Both the position numbers and the translations under genes were made by a program. Source: an uncultured Gammaproteobacteria bacterium (GTDB lineage: Bacteria; Patescibacteriota; Microgenomatia; JALYQM01). Taken from it: 64,000 bases of DNA. Below the pieces are notes generated by a model, which did not search any database, was not told the origin of the DNA, and saw only the letters and a program-made list of their open reading frames with translations. The stretch's first letter is position 1. Each line of letters opens with the position of its first letter. Below are positions 1-10,462 of the stretch, piece after piece. Where the stretch lies: the NCBI GenBank assembly GCA_964535655.1, contig CAZHTP010000001.1:186862-250861 (forward strand), in the 5' to 3' direction.

Positions 1-1365
1 TTAAAAGAAACTCTTTCTAACGCGATAGCGCAAGCGAGTGATGCTAAAGCATTTCTAAAAGATAGCAAGCCATTTCTTCAGGTGCTTCCTCAATTTTTAG
101 GCAAGGATAGGCCAGAAAAATATTTTATTATTTTTCAGAATGATAAGGAATTGCGGGCAACGGGTGGTTTTATAACCGCATTTGCTCGTTTAACTGTCGA
201 TAAGGGGCGGGTAGTTAATTCAGAATCAAGTGATATATACACTATTGATCAGCAGCTACGTTTAAAGCTTACTCCACCTGTTGCTATTCAAAAATATCTT
301 CCAGAGCCAAACGGTAAGGTAAAAACACATTGGCAGATTCGTGATTCAAACTTCTATCCAGATTTTAAGCAGTCAGCAGTACTCTTTGAAAATATATACG
401 AATACTTTAAGAGTAAAGAATATGTTTCTCTTACTGAAGACCAATTAAAGCAACGTCAAGCGACCGATTGGGATGGTCTAGTTGCTGTTGATACTAATGT
501 TGTTGAGCGGATAATTGGTATTCTTGGAGGGATAGAAGTAGATGGAGTTAAGTTTACTTCTGAAACTGATAAGCGGTGTAACTGTCCTAATGTTGTCTAT
601 GAGCTTGAGTCATATGCTGAGGGACAGGCTCGTGGAAATTCAGAACGTAAAGCATTGATTGGTAATTTAATGCAGGAAATTCTTTTACAATCATTTAAAC
701 AGGAAGATAAAATTCCTGCACTTGCTAACGAAGCGATTCGGTTAATGAATGAAAAGCATGTACAAGTCTACATGCACGAACCTAAGCTCCAACAGACTGT
801 TGAGAATTTAGACTGGGCTGGACGTATCGCTTCTGCTGAAAATCCAACAAAATTTAAGTACGAAGAGGGGAAATGGGACTATTGGCTTTGGAATGAATCT
901 AATTTTGCTAGTAAAAAAGCAAATCTTTATATAAGGCATGTTTCTAATCACCAATATGATGTTGCCGGTGATGGTACCACTACTGTTACTGCAACGGAGA
1001 CTGTTTCTAATCCTCAGCGGAATGATTATTGGTTGAATGCGTTATATCGTGCTTATTTCCGCGTTTATGTGCCTCCAGGTTCAGAACTCATCAAGGCTGA
1101 AGGATCTAGGGATCAAGTGCAGGTTACCAAAGAACAGGGCAAAACTATGTTTGACGGTTTTTATGAGTTGAAGCCGCAACAAGATCCTCCTGCAAAGGTA
1201 ACGTTAAAATATCGCTTGCCGTTTAAGCTTAAGAAAGGTGACGTGTATAAAGGTTTGTATCAAAAGCAAGCGGGAACAACTGGATTTGAATATACTATTA
1301 AAGGGCTTGGTGACGAAATAAAATTCGATTTAAATCAAGATCGATCAATTCAAGTTCAGCTCTAA
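1..1365 (+). CDS. DUF4012-family protein (5' end outside the window; ORF track start at 82 is GTG, but the frame is open from nt 1)
   Basis: Frame 1 has no stop from nt 1 to 1365. Motifs FIIFQNDKELRATGGF..AFA and a downstream D/W/Y-rich region are typical of DUF4012 proteins, which are common in CPR/Gram-positive genomes. A hairpin terminator follows. Confidence 0.6.
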   Translation, partial: LKETLSNAIAQASDAKAFLKDSKPFLQVLPQFLGKDRPEKYFIIFQNDKELRATGGFITAFARLTVDKGRVVNSESSDIYTIDQQLRLKLTPPVAIQKYLPEPNGKVKTHWQIRDSNFYPDFKQSAVLFENIYEYFKSKEYVSLTEDQLKQRQATDWDGLVAVDTNVVERIIGILGGIEVDGVKFTSETDKRCNCPNVVYELESYAEGQARGNSERKALIGNLMQEILLQSFKQEDKIPALANEAIRLMNEKHVQVYMHEPKLQQTVENLDWAGRIASAENPTKFKYEEGKWDYWLWNESNFASKKANLYIRHVSNHQYDVAGDGTTTVTATETVSNPQRNDYWLNALYRAYFRVYVPPGSELIKAEGSRDQVQVTKEQGKTMFDGFYELKPQQDPPAKVTLKYRLPFKLKKGDVYKGLYQKQAGTTGFEYTIKGLGDEIKFDLNQDRSIQVQL

Positions 1366-1385
1366 CTGTTTCTTGATATTTTTTA

Positions 1386-1416
1386 AGGACCTTGAAGTAA
1401 TTTGAGGTCCTTTTTG
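1386..1416 (+). terminator. Rho-independent terminator after the DUF4012 gene
   Basis: Inverted repeat AGGACCT / AGGTCCT separated by about 12 nt, followed by TTTTTGTT. Confidence 0.6.
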
Positions 1417-1431
1417 TTGATATAATTAGGT

Positions 1432-2085
1432 ATGTCAAAGTCATTCGTTTTAGATTGTGTGGTTTTAAAGAGGTTTGATTTAGGAGAAGCTGATCGGGTG
1501 TTGACTGTTTTTTCGCGAGAATTAGGTAAGGTGTCGGTTATTGCAAAAGGGGTTCGTCGGATAGTTTCACGAAAAGCAGGGAGTGTTGAAATTGGGAATA
1601 ACAGTCGTATTTTTGTGTTTGAAGGTAAGAATTTCTTTATTTTACAGGAAGTGAAAGTGTTGCATGCTTTTTTAACTTTAGGAACTCAGTTACCGATTTT
1701 TAAATATGGTTATTATGTTCTTGAGTTAGTTGATAGACTTACTCAGCCTGAAGAGCAGAATGAAAGTGTGTATCGTCTTTTAGTGGAAATATTAAAAATA
1801 CTTAATGCTAACCCGCGTAAGATTTTTATACGGGCTTTTGAGATGAAAATTTTGCATCGGTTGGGGTTTTTAACTGTAGATACACAGGCGGGCTCCATTT
1901 CCGGTTCGGAATTTCTAGATGATGAGTCGCTTGATCTATTGATTCATTTACAAGAGGACGGATGGGCAGTGATTGCGGGTATGGGGATGTCTGAGGATAG
2001 TTCGTTTCGGTTGGAGCAGTTTTTGAAGTTTAGGCTTGAGATGATTATTGAGCGGGAATTGAAGAGTTTGTATTATTTTGATTAA
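1432..2085 (+). CDS. recO: DNA repair protein RecO
   Basis: 217 aa. The N-terminal OB-fold pattern (VLKRFDLGEADRVLTVFSRELGKVSVIAKGVRR) is characteristic of RecO. Confidence 0.7.
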   Translation: MSKSFVLDCVVLKRFDLGEADRVLTVFSRELGKVSVIAKGVRRIVSRKAGSVEIGNNSRIFVFEGKNFFILQEVKVLHAFLTLGTQLPIFKYGYYVLELVDRLTQPEEQNESVYRLLVEILKILNANPRKIFIRAFEMKILHRLGFLTVDTQAGSISGSEFLDDESLDLLIHLQEDGWAVIAGMGMSEDSSFRLEQFLKFRLEMIIERELKSLYYFD

Positions 2086-2126
2086 ACTTTTTTGTATACT
2101 TTCTTGCTGAATCCTAGTTCACTTAT

Positions 2127-2155
2127 TGCTGGATATGTGGTTGAGGCGGTATAAT
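2127..2155 (+). promoter_or_regulatory. Sigma-70-like promoter (TTGCTG, 18 nt, TATAAT) ending 8 nt before the glyQS ATG; the mRNA is leaderless
   Basis: TATAAT at 2150-2155, ATG at 2164, no Shine-Dalgarno sequence. Confidence 0.45.
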
Positions 2156-2163
2156 TTGCTGAT

Positions 2164-3552
2164 ATGGCTGAACAATCACTTACTGATAAAATAATAGCAC
2201 TTTGTAAAAGACGGGGATTTGTCTATCCTTCTTCTGAAATTTATGGCGGTTTAGCGAATAGCTATGACTACGGGCCAATGGGTGCGGCACTTTTACGTAA
2301 TATTCGTAATTTATGGTGGAAAAACTTTATTCAAATGCGTCCGGATATGGTCGGTTTGGATTCTTCAATAATTCTGCATCCTAAGGTATGGAAAGCTTCC
2401 GGGCATGTCGATACGTTTTCTGATGCGCTGATTGATTGTAAGAATTGTCAATTGCGCACACGTGCAGATCACTTAATAGAAGATTTTTTCGAAAAAGGAC
2501 AGGAATCTATTAAAGTTGAAGGGAAAACGGACGCACAGATGGACGAGATAGTTGCTCAAAATAAAATTTCCTGTCCAAATTGTGGTGAGTTTGCTTGGAC
2601 AAACATTCGTAAGTTTAATTTATTATTTGAGACCAATATTGGTATTGTTCCTGAATCGGAATCGAAAGCGTATCTTCGCGGGGAAACAGCACAAGGCATT
2701 TTTGTTTCATTTAAGAATATTATTGACTCAACTCGTGTTAAGTTTCCTTTCGGAGTAGGGCAAATTGGAAAAAGTTTCCGCAATGAAATTACCAAGGGCA
2801 ATTTTATTTTTCGCACATTAGAATTTGAACAAGCTGAAATTGAATATTTCTTTAATCCTAAGAAAACTGAATGGGAGCCAGTGTTTGAATCGTGGAAAAG
2901 TGCAATGTGGGACTTTCTCACTGAGAGCATGGGTATCCGTCCAGAAAATTTGCGTTGGCGAGAACATGGTGATGAAGAACGAAGTTTTTATAGTAAGCGA
3001 ACTGAAGATCTTGAATATAATTTTCCTTGGGGGTTTAAAGAGTTGTGGGGGATAGCTTACCGAACTGATTATGACCTAAATCAACATCAAAAGTTTTCTG
3101 GTAAGGATCTTACGGTTTTGGACACGGAAACAAATGAGAAATTCCTTCCTCATGTTATCGAGCCGGCGGTAGGAGTTACCCGCTTATTCTTTATGCTTTT
3201 GCTTGATTCTTTTGTAGAAGAAGGAGAGGGTGATTCTGCTCGATCGTATCTTAGATTACCAAAAGAGTTTGCACCATATCGAGTTGCTGTCTTTCCGTTG
3301 GTTGCGAATAAGCCACACTTAATCGAAAAAGCAGAAGAATTGTATCGCTTACTTTCAGCGGAATATGCTGTTGCGTGGGATGATAGAGGAAATATTGGGA
3401 AGCGATACCGTGCCCAGGATGAAATTGGTACTCCTTTCTGTGTAACTGTTGACTATCAAACACTTGAAGACGGTACTGTTACTATTCGTAATCGTGATAC
3501 CATGGAACAAGAGCGAGTGAAGATTGAGGGAGTAGCACAATTTATTGCATAA
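2164..3552 (+). CDS. glyQS: Glycine--tRNA ligase (dimeric class II GlyQS type)
   Basis: 462 aa. N-terminus RRGFVYPSSEIYGGLANSYDYGPMG and class II motifs. Confidence 0.9.
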   Translation: MAEQSLTDKIIALCKRRGFVYPSSEIYGGLANSYDYGPMGAALLRNIRNLWWKNFIQMRPDMVGLDSSIILHPKVWKASGHVDTFSDALIDCKNCQLRTRADHLIEDFFEKGQESIKVEGKTDAQMDEIVAQNKISCPNCGEFAWTNIRKFNLLFETNIGIVPESESKAYLRGETAQGIFVSFKNIIDSTRVKFPFGVGQIGKSFRNEITKGNFIFRTLEFEQAEIEYFFNPKKTEWEPVFESWKSAMWDFLTESMGIRPENLRWREHGDEERSFYSKRTEDLEYNFPWGFKELWGIAYRTDYDLNQHQKFSGKDLTVLDTETNEKFLPHVIEPAVGVTRLFFMLLLDSFVEEGEGDSARSYLRLPKEFAPYRVAVFPLVANKPHLIEKAEELYRLLSAEYAVAWDDRGNIGKRYRAQDEIGTPFCVTVDYQTLEDGTVTIRNRDTMEQERVKIEGVAQFIA

Positions 3553-3555
3553 GTT

Positions 3556-4011
3556 ATGAACATTCGGCCAGCAACGGAACACGATATACCTAAATTGCTT
3601 ACTTTGAAACCGAACCATGAAGAGTTTATTTATAGGGGACGGTTAAAAGAAATGAGTCGTGGCGAGTCTGTTTTTCTGGTTGCTGAAGATGCTGGACATT
3701 TGGTTGGAATGTCCCTGCTTTGTTATTACGGTAAAGCCACATATCCACACTATCCTGATATCCGTGATATTTATGTTCATGAAGGTAGGCGCAGCGCTGG
3801 AATTGGATCAGAATTGATTCATATTTGTGAAGAATTAGCGCGATCTAAGGGGTTTAATACGATAGGTCTGGCGGTTAACCCTACATTAAATGCTCGAGCA
3901 AGGCGACTATATGAGCGGTTAGGATATATGACAACCGGAGACGAGCCTTATTTGGATGGTGTTTATAATGGTGTGGAAGACTGGGTTGTTGATATGGTTA
4001 AGAAGATTTAA
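3556..4011 (+). CDS. GNAT family N-acetyltransferase
   Basis: 151 aa. Acetyl-CoA binding pattern RRSAGIGSELI..AR..G. Follows the glyQS stop after 3 nt. Confidence 0.65.
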   Translation: MNIRPATEHDIPKLLTLKPNHEEFIYRGRLKEMSRGESVFLVAEDAGHLVGMSLLCYYGKATYPHYPDIRDIYVHEGRRSAGIGSELIHICEELARSKGFNTIGLAVNPTLNARARRLYERLGYMTTGDEPYLDGVYNGVEDWVVDMVKKI

Positions 4012-4882
4012 TCCGCTGCCCCTTTCTATGTCCTTCTGCAATCAAAATAGCACCGATAATAACTGCTCCACCAAGCGCTTTAATTGGCATCATTTTTTCT
4101 CCTCCTAGAGTCCAGGCAAAAAAAGCAGCACTTATTGGTTCGAGTACGCCAAAAATTGAAACAGTCATAGGACTGATATATTTTTGAGATGTCGTTTGTA
4201 AAATGTATGCGACGACTGACGGAAAAATTGCTAAATAGACCATTTCGTAAAGTGAATTTGTTCCACTTATAGTCAATGGTGCGTGCATTAATAAAACGGT
4301 AATAAAGGTTGTAATTGTCAAAAAGAGGAATTGTTGAAAGCAAAGAATCAAGGCATCTGCCCGCTGTTTCAAGTAATAATCAACGAGCAAATATTGCCCG
4401 GCGATTGCAAAGGCAGCTAGAGCCGTTACGCTATCACCAAGTCCGATTTGACCAACGCCTCCCGTAATTATATACAGTCCTGTAGTTGCCATAATTACGG
4501 AAATAATTCGTTGCTTCGTAATTTTGGATTTATAAATTATGGCTGTTACGATAGGGATAATAATTATATACAGTGAGGTGATGAAACCTGAATTCGATGC
4601 ACTAACATATACGAGCCCAATTGTTTGCGGTATGTAGAGTAGCCATAGAATTAATCCTAAATGTAATCCGCGTTGTAGCTTTACAAAGGGATTCTTTTTA
4701 AGAAGTATCAGAATAAAACCCATTATTCCTGTCGCAATGAGAAATCGATACAAGACCAACGTGACGGGGTGAATACCACTTAGAGAATCTTTTATGACAA
4801 AATAGGTCGACCCCCAGATTAAAAAGGCAATAATAATTGCCATATGAGCTAACATTATTTTTCGCTGTTTTTTCTCAAGCAT
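3998..4882 (-). CDS. DMT (EamA-like) family transporter
   Basis: 294 aa with about 10 predicted TM helices and two EamA-like halves. Its 3' end overlaps the GNAT gene by 14 nt (convergent). Confidence 0.7.
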   Translation of the reverse strand: MLEKKQRKIMLAHMAIIIAFLIWGSTYFVIKDSLSGIHPVTLVLYRFLIATGIMGFILILLKKNPFVKLQRGLHLGLILWLLYIPQTIGLVYVSASNSGFITSLYIIIIPIVTAIIYKSKITKQRIISVIMATTGLYIITGGVGQIGLGDSVTALAAFAIAGQYLLVDYYLKQRADALILCFQQFLFLTITTFITVLLMHAPLTISGTNSLYEMVYLAIFPSVVAYILQTTSQKYISPMTVSIFGVLEPISAAFFAWTLGGEKMMPIKALGGAVIIGAILIAEGHRKGQRIKSS

Positions 4883-4904
4883 CTCTTTAATGGTACATCA
4901 AATT

Positions 4905-4913
4905 TGGTATACT
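4905..4913 (+). promoter_or_regulatory. Extended -10 TGGTATACT, 8 nt upstream of the rsmH ATG (leaderless)
   Basis: The ORF-track start at 4904 (TTG) lies inside this box. The first ATG after it is at 4922. Confidence 0.45.
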
Positions 4914-4921
4914 TTGTGCAG

Positions 4922-5818
4922 ATGAAGTATGTCCATATTCCCGTTCTACTTGCAGAAGTACTTGCTGCGCTACGCATTATGACCGGTCAAAAGTATATTG
5001 ATTGTACTTTTGGAGGGGGCGGTTACGCTCGGGGGATTGCTGAAAAGGGTGGTATCGTGCTGGGACTTGATGTAGACGAAGACGCGGTTGCTCGAGTAAT
5101 TTCTGGAGAAGTTGTAATTCCAAATGTTCGAGTAATCAGGGCGAATTTTGAAAGTGTATACGAGTTTGCCCAGAAAGAGAATTTCTTGCCAGTTCACGGC
5201 ATAGTTTTTGATTTGGGAGTGTCAAGCTTTCAGATTGATACCCCAGAGAAAGGATTTTCTTTTCTAAAGACCGGACCTTTGGATATGCGGATGGATCGTA
5301 CCTTAGGAATCTCGGCGGGGAGACTATTAGATATTCTCGATGAAAGATCTTTATCAGAGTTAATATACAAGTTTAGCGATGAAATGCACGCTAAAAAGAT
5401 CGCTCGCGAGATAGTTTCAGAGCGTGAAAAACATAAGAATGAAACTGGAGCTTACTGGGAAAACAGAACTACAACTGATCTGTCGGGATTTGTAGAAAAG
5501 GTGGTTGGTGGAAGAAGAGATCGTATTCACCCTGCGACTCGTTTATTTCAGGCCTTACGTATGGCTGTTAACGACGAAGCAGGTGCTTTGGATAGAGGAT
5601 TGCGTGGCGCCTTTGATTGTCTAGTAGCGCGCGGAAGGCTTGTTGTTGTAACTTTTCATTCGGGTGAAGACCGAATTGTGAAATCATTTATGGAATCAAA
5701 AATGGAGGATAGATCTGGTACGATAATTGGAGATATAACACTTGCTAATGAACGGGAAGTGGCAGCAAATCCGCGTTCACGAAGCGCTAAGATGCGTGTT
5801 ATAGAAAAGATATATTAA
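4922..5818 (+). CDS. rsmH: 16S rRNA (cytosine1402-N4)-methyltransferase RsmH/MraW
   Basis: MKYVHIPVLL..YIDCTFGGGGYARGI. Classic first gene of a dcw cluster. Confidence 0.9.
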   Translation: MKYVHIPVLLAEVLAALRIMTGQKYIDCTFGGGGYARGIAEKGGIVLGLDVDEDAVARVISGEVVIPNVRVIRANFESVYEFAQKENFLPVHGIVFDLGVSSFQIDTPEKGFSFLKTGPLDMRMDRTLGISAGRLLDILDERSLSELIYKFSDEMHAKKIAREIVSEREKHKNETGAYWENRTTTDLSGFVEKVVGGRRDRIHPATRLFQALRMAVNDEAGALDRGLRGAFDCLVARGRLVVVTFHSGEDRIVKSFMESKMEDRSGTIIGDITLANEREVAANPRSRSAKMRVIEKIY

Positions 5819-5829
5819 TTATAAAATAT

Positions 5830-6096
5830 ATGGGCTCATTTTCACTAAATAAAATTTTCTTTGTTGTTACCTGCTTAACCGTAACAGCGTTTTTTCTTTT
5901 GCTTGTTGTCGCAAATGTTACCAACCGCAAGGGGATTGAAGAGATTGGTACCTATCAAAAAGATATTCGTAAATATGATTTTCAAATATCTGAATTAGAC
6001 AGTACTATTGCAACCTATTCATCACTTATCAGAATTGAGAACAGAGCTCGAGAAATGGGGCTTGTTCCTGCTAGGAAAACCGAATATCTTAAATAG
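5830..6096 (+). CDS. ftsL: Cell division protein FtsL-like (small bitopic membrane protein)
   Basis: 88 aa with a single TM helix then a coiled-coil-like segment, positioned between rsmH and ftsI. Confidence 0.6.
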   Translation: MGSFSLNKIFFVVTCLTVTAFFLLLVVANVTNRKGIEEIGTYQKDIRKYDFQISELDSTIATYSSLIRIENRAREMGLVPARKTEYLK

Positions 6097-6184
6097 CCGG
6101 CATTGTACTTCACTGATACTGTTTGCTTTGCAAAGTTGAGTTACTGGAGTATACTTTCCTTACTACTAAGTTAGATATCTGCCC

Positions 6185-7975
6185 ATGTATCGACTACGTC
6201 TTCTATTTGCTTTCTTTATTGTGCTTATTGGACTTGTTTGGTTGCGCCTATTTTATTGGCAGGTTATCAGCGGTAGCAAAATTAAAGTGATTGCGGCTTC
6301 TCAGCATATTGGAAGATTTGATCTTAATGCTAAGCGAGGTGAGTTTTTTACCCATGATGGTTTTCCTCTGGTTTTAAACGCTGTTTCGTACCGCGTTGTT
6401 GCAGATCCTCATTCTGTAACCGATCCCATAGATACTATTTCACAAAAATTTGCTGATCTTGTTGTAAGTGATGATACTACGCGCAGAAATGAAGCAATGC
6501 AGATTGTTCATGAAGCAACTGCTGCTACAGAGCCCGCTTCCTATAAACTTACTGATGATCATGTTCGGTTGCAGAAGAATGAAGAGGCAAAGAGAATTGC
6601 AGATATTCTGAGTAAAAAGGATTTGCGTTGGGCTCAGTTGTATTCTCATGTATTCCCGGAGATAAAAGAAAAACTGGAAGCACTGAAGTATAAAGGGATA
6701 ACTTTTGAAAACACTTTTGGTCGAATGTACCCGGAAGCATCTCTTTCAGGAACGTTTGTTGGGATTCTTGGCTCAGATATGAATGGAGAGCCACAAGGTT
6801 CGTATGGGCTTGAAGGTAAGTATGATGGCGAAATTTCCGGTAAGGGTGGCAAAGTTCGTCAAGAGCAGGATGCTACAGGGCGTATGATCCTAGCAGGAGA
6901 TTATCGCAATATTAGAGCTCGTCACGGTTCGGATTTGCAGTTACACATAGATCGTACTGTGCAGCATATCGTCCAAGAAAAATTGCGAGCTGGCGTAATA
7001 AGTAATGGTGCTAAAGATGGTTCGATTATTGTAATGGACCCGAAAACAGGTGGGATTATTGCAATGTCTTCCTATCCAACCATTGTCCCTAATCTGCGCG
7101 AATTTTTCCCTAATTCGTGGTATAAAAACCCTTTAGTTGCCGATACCTATGAACCCGGCTCTACTTTTAAAACGGTTGTTATGGCCGCTGGAATCGATGC
7201 TGGAGTTATAAATTATAATACCACTTGTCCTGTATGTTCGGAGCCGAGAAAAGTGGGTACGGCATTAATCCGGACATGGAACAACCAGTATATGCAAAAC
7301 CCAACGATGGAGGAGGTATTAATTCATTCTGATAACACTGGAATGGTTTTTATTGGAGATAAGCTTGGAAAAGAAAAATTGCAAAGTTATCTCAAAAATT
7401 TTGGTTTTGGGCAAACAACAGGAGTAGATTTACAGGACGAAACAGGTTCGTTACTACGTGATGCTAAGGATATGCGGGATATAGATTTTGCGACCGAGAC
7501 ATTTGGTCAGGGAATTGCAGTAACGCCGATTCAGATGGTACGGGCTGTGAGTGCGATTGCAAATAAAGGTAAATTAATGGAACCTCATGTGGTAGAAAAG
7601 ATTATCAGAGGTAATGAAACAGTTGAAATTAAACCTAAAGAAATTCGGCAGGTAATTTCAGAGAGGGCGGCTCTTACTATGACTGATATCATGGTTAAAT
7701 CAGCAGAACATGGAGAAGCCAAATTCGCAATTTTACCTGGATATCGTATTGCAGGAAAAACAGGAACAGCTCAAATCCCTGTAGATGGTGTTTATGATGC
7801 AAGTAAAACGATTGCCTCATTTGTTGGTTTTGCTCCAGCTGATAACCCTAAATTTGTAATGCTTGTACGTTTAACTGAGCCTAAAAAATCACAGTGGGGC
7901 TCGGAGACGGCAGCCCCTTTGTTTTTTGCCATTACAAAGGAGTTATTGCGTTATTATAGTATCTCTCCGCAATAG
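6185..7975 (+). CDS. ftsI: Class B penicillin-binding protein (FtsI/PBP2-type transpeptidase)
   Basis: N-terminal TM anchor. Transpeptidase motifs STFK (PGSTFK), SDN (HSDNTG) and KTG (AGKTGTA). Confidence 0.9.
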   Translation: MYRLRLLFAFFIVLIGLVWLRLFYWQVISGSKIKVIAASQHIGRFDLNAKRGEFFTHDGFPLVLNAVSYRVVADPHSVTDPIDTISQKFADLVVSDDTTRRNEAMQIVHEATAATEPASYKLTDDHVRLQKNEEAKRIADILSKKDLRWAQLYSHVFPEIKEKLEALKYKGITFENTFGRMYPEASLSGTFVGILGSDMNGEPQGSYGLEGKYDGEISGKGGKVRQEQDATGRMILAGDYRNIRARHGSDLQLHIDRTVQHIVQEKLRAGVISNGAKDGSIIVMDPKTGGIIAMSSYPTIVPNLREFFPNSWYKNPLVADTYEPGSTFKTVVMAAGIDAGVINYNTTCPVCSEPRKVGTALIRTWNNQYMQNPTMEEVLIHSDNTGMVFIGDKLGKEKLQSYLKNFGFGQTTGVDLQDETGSLLRDAKDMRDIDFATETFGQGIAVTPIQMVRAVSAIANKGKLMEPHVVEKIIRGNETVEIKPKEIRQVISERAALTMTDIMVKSAEHGEAKFAILPGYRIAGKTGTAQIPVDGVYDASKTIASFVGFAPADNPKFVMLVRLTEPKKSQWGSETAAPLFFAITKELLRYYSISPQ

Positions 7976-8001
7976 GGAAAGAAATTGGTATAATGCTTGT
8001 T

Positions 8002-9615
8002 ATGCAATTACATAAACTATTATCTTCCCTCAATTATGAGGTATTAACTGGTTCACTCGAAAACGAAGTAGGGTCGATTCATTTTGATTCTCGAGAAATT
8101 AAGAACCGCGATATTTTTGTCGCTCGAAAAGGGTTAACTATTGATTCTCATTCATTTATTGATGATGTGATATCTTTGCAACCTTGTGCTATCGTTGGGC
8201 AGGATTTTACCGAAGATCAGATCCTAAAAGCCAGGGATACTAATGTGACTTTAATTAAAGTAGATGATTCTGCTTATGTTGGAGGCGTAATGGTTGCCGC
8301 GTGGTATGATTTTCCATTTACTAAAATGCATATGATTGGAGTTACGGGTACTGATGGTAAGACTACTACCTCTAATTTAATCTATCACTTATTAAAATCG
8401 GCTGGTAAAAAAGTGGGGGTGATTTCAACTTTATCTGCTTGTATTTTTGATGGAACCCGCGAAGTAGAAAATGATACCGGATTTCATGTTACTACCCCAG
8501 ATGTGTTAGAAGTTCAAAAATATCTTGCTGATATGGTCGCAAAGGGCTGCGAATATGCCGTTATTGAATGTACTTCTCATGCATTTGCTCAGGAACGAGT
8601 AGCGGGAATTAACTTTAACGTGGGAGTAGTAACTAACATAACTCATGAACACCTTGATTATCACAAGACTTTAGAACGCTATATTTTAGCTAAATCGCTT
8701 TTGTTTCGTATTGATACTTCACTGCCGCAATCTGCTTATACTGAACGTATTGCTGTAATTAATCAGGACGATCGTGCATGGGAATATCTGTTACCATATA
8801 CAAAAACATGGTCGCGAAAAGGGTACGGTTATAATGATTTTGCTGAATATCATATCATTTCAGATGAACAGCTTTCTTCCGGTATTTCCTATCTTTTTCA
8901 AAAAGAGAATACGATGGGAAATCCTATTGAGCAGATTAAAGTTCAGCTGTCTCTATTTGGTAGATATAATATTGCTAACTCGATCGCAGCAATTGCTACA
9001 TTGTCAGAGTTGGGTTTTCCCGATACTGTTAGTGCTTTGAATATAAAAAAGTTTATGGGTTTAGTGGGTAGGTTTGAGCGTTTTTCTACAAAATCTCATG
9101 GGTTGGTTGTCGTTGATTTTGCGCATACACCACATGCTCTCGAAGAGATTTTAAGATTAGCTCATTCATTATCGTCCGGAAAAATAACTGTTGTGTTTGG
9201 CTGTGCAGGGTTACGTGATGTAGAAAAGCGCTATTTAATGGGAGAAATTGCTGGTCAGCATGCCGATGTGACCATTATTACGGTAGAGGATCCTCGCACT
9301 GAGAAGCTTGATGATATCAATGGACGAATTATCAAAGGTCTGAGCGATACTGGAGCGGAGGAATATCCGGTTGAAAAAATTGAACAGTTTTCGTCAAAAG
9401 TTGTTCGCGAAAACCTCTCTGAACACTTCCCCCTTTATGTGAGGATTGATGATCGAAGAAAGGCCATTGAAAGCGCGATTCGAATTTCGAGTGAACAAGA
9501 TATTGTCTTGATCTGCGGTAAAGGCCACGAAAAGAGTATGAATTATGGTAATGGTGAAGTGCCTTGGAGCGACCAGCAAGTAGTGGTTGAGATGCTGAAA
9601 AATATCGAAGGATAG
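8002..9615 (+). CDS. murE: UDP-N-acetylmuramoyl-L-alanyl-D-glutamate--2,6-diaminopimelate ligase (MurE)
   Basis: Mur ligase P-loop GVTGTDGKTTT; C-terminal GKGHE and an EDPR variant of the DNPR motif. The ORF-track ATG at 7993 overlaps the TATAAT box at 7989-7994; the ATG at 8002 is 7 nt downstream (leaderless). Confidence 0.85.
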   Translation: MQLHKLLSSLNYEVLTGSLENEVGSIHFDSREIKNRDIFVARKGLTIDSHSFIDDVISLQPCAIVGQDFTEDQILKARDTNVTLIKVDDSAYVGGVMVAAWYDFPFTKMHMIGVTGTDGKTTTSNLIYHLLKSAGKKVGVISTLSACIFDGTREVENDTGFHVTTPDVLEVQKYLADMVAKGCEYAVIECTSHAFAQERVAGINFNVGVVTNITHEHLDYHKTLERYILAKSLLFRIDTSLPQSAYTERIAVINQDDRAWEYLLPYTKTWSRKGYGYNDFAEYHIISDEQLSSGISYLFQKENTMGNPIEQIKVQLSLFGRYNIANSIAAIATLSELGFPDTVSALNIKKFMGLVGRFERFSTKSHGLVVVDFAHTPHALEEILRLAHSLSSGKITVVFGCAGLRDVEKRYLMGEIAGQHADVTIITVEDPRTEKLDDINGRIIKGLSDTGAEEYPVEKIEQFSSKVVRENLSEHFPLYVRIDDRRKAIESAIRISSEQDIVLICGKGHEKSMNYGNGEVPWSDQQVVVEMLKNIEG

Positions 9616-9620
9616 CTTTT

Positions 9621-10451
9621 ATGGATACTCGACCGATTGGTGTTTTTGATTCTGGATTTGGTGGATTAACCGTCCTATCAGAGTTGGCTTCTCAGTTCCC
9701 CAATGAGAATTTTATCTATCTTGGTGATACTTTGCGTGTACCGTATGGGAATAAGTCTGAGAGCGAGGTTATTCAGTATTCATTGCAACTATCGCGTTGG
9801 CTTGTAAAGCAAAACGTAAAAGCAATTGTAGTCGCTTGTAATACTTCTTCATGTTTAGCGTTACCTTCGCTACGGACAGAATTTAATGCCTGTTTTTGGG
9901 GAATGATTGATGCTGGTACGGAAACTGTGATGCGGTATCAAGATTTACTTGGAGAAGATGTTAATCGTCTCGGTATTCTTGGGACGAAAAATACGATTGG
10001 AGCTCGTGCACATGAGAATGCATTACGCAGTGCAGGTTTTCTTGGTGAAATCTATCCTGTTGCTTGCCCTTTATTTGTTCCTATACTTGAAGAGGGAGTT
10101 ATGGATCGAAATATCTGGTATTCAGTCATAAATTACTATCTTTCGACTATTCGTGACGCCAATATCGGTGCTCTTTTACTTGCCTGTACCCATTATCCAA
10201 TTCTTACCGAGAATCTTCAGGAATATTTTGAAGGAAGGGTTCAATTACTCGATCCGAATTATCTCCTCGCTCTTGAGTTGCGTGCTTATATGACCGAGCG
10301 TTCTGAGTTAAACAATGAATCCTCACTTGGTAAAATTGAATTATGTATTACTGGTTCAGTTGATTCCTTTCAATCGTTTTATCATCGCTTTTTTGAATTT
10401 AAAGCTGAAAATGTTCGAGTTGTTGATTTATCTGAGTTAAGTAGTTTATAA
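9621..10451 (+). CDS. murI: Glutamate racemase MurI
   Basis: VFDSGFGGLTV, ACNTSS and ACTHYP motifs. Confidence 0.9.
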   Translation: MDTRPIGVFDSGFGGLTVLSELASQFPNENFIYLGDTLRVPYGNKSESEVIQYSLQLSRWLVKQNVKAIVVACNTSSCLALPSLRTEFNACFWGMIDAGTETVMRYQDLLGEDVNRLGILGTKNTIGARAHENALRSAGFLGEIYPVACPLFVPILEEGVMDRNIWYSVINYYLSTIRDANIGALLLACTHYPILTENLQEYFEGRVQLLDPNYLLALELRAYMTERSELNNESSLGKIELCITGSVDSFQSFYHRFFEFKAENVRVVDLSELSSL

Positions 10452-10462
10452 GTAACTAAACT

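Noticed and set aside
2552-3618. Several 60-124 aa ORFs on both strands inside glyQS (2552-2758 +, 2556-2930 -, 2825-3055 +, 3251-3463 -, 3355-3618 -).
   Set aside because: They sit entirely within the well-supported glyQS frame, have no recognisable motifs and no start-site signals. They are shadow ORFs of low-GC DNA.
8774-9040. 88-aa plus-strand ORF inside murE and similar internal ORFs within dcw genes (9949-10131, 11140-11391, 13338-13749, 14671-14865, 19316-19923).
   Set aside because: All are out-of-frame or antisense overlaps of strongly supported Mur/Fts genes with no independent signals.
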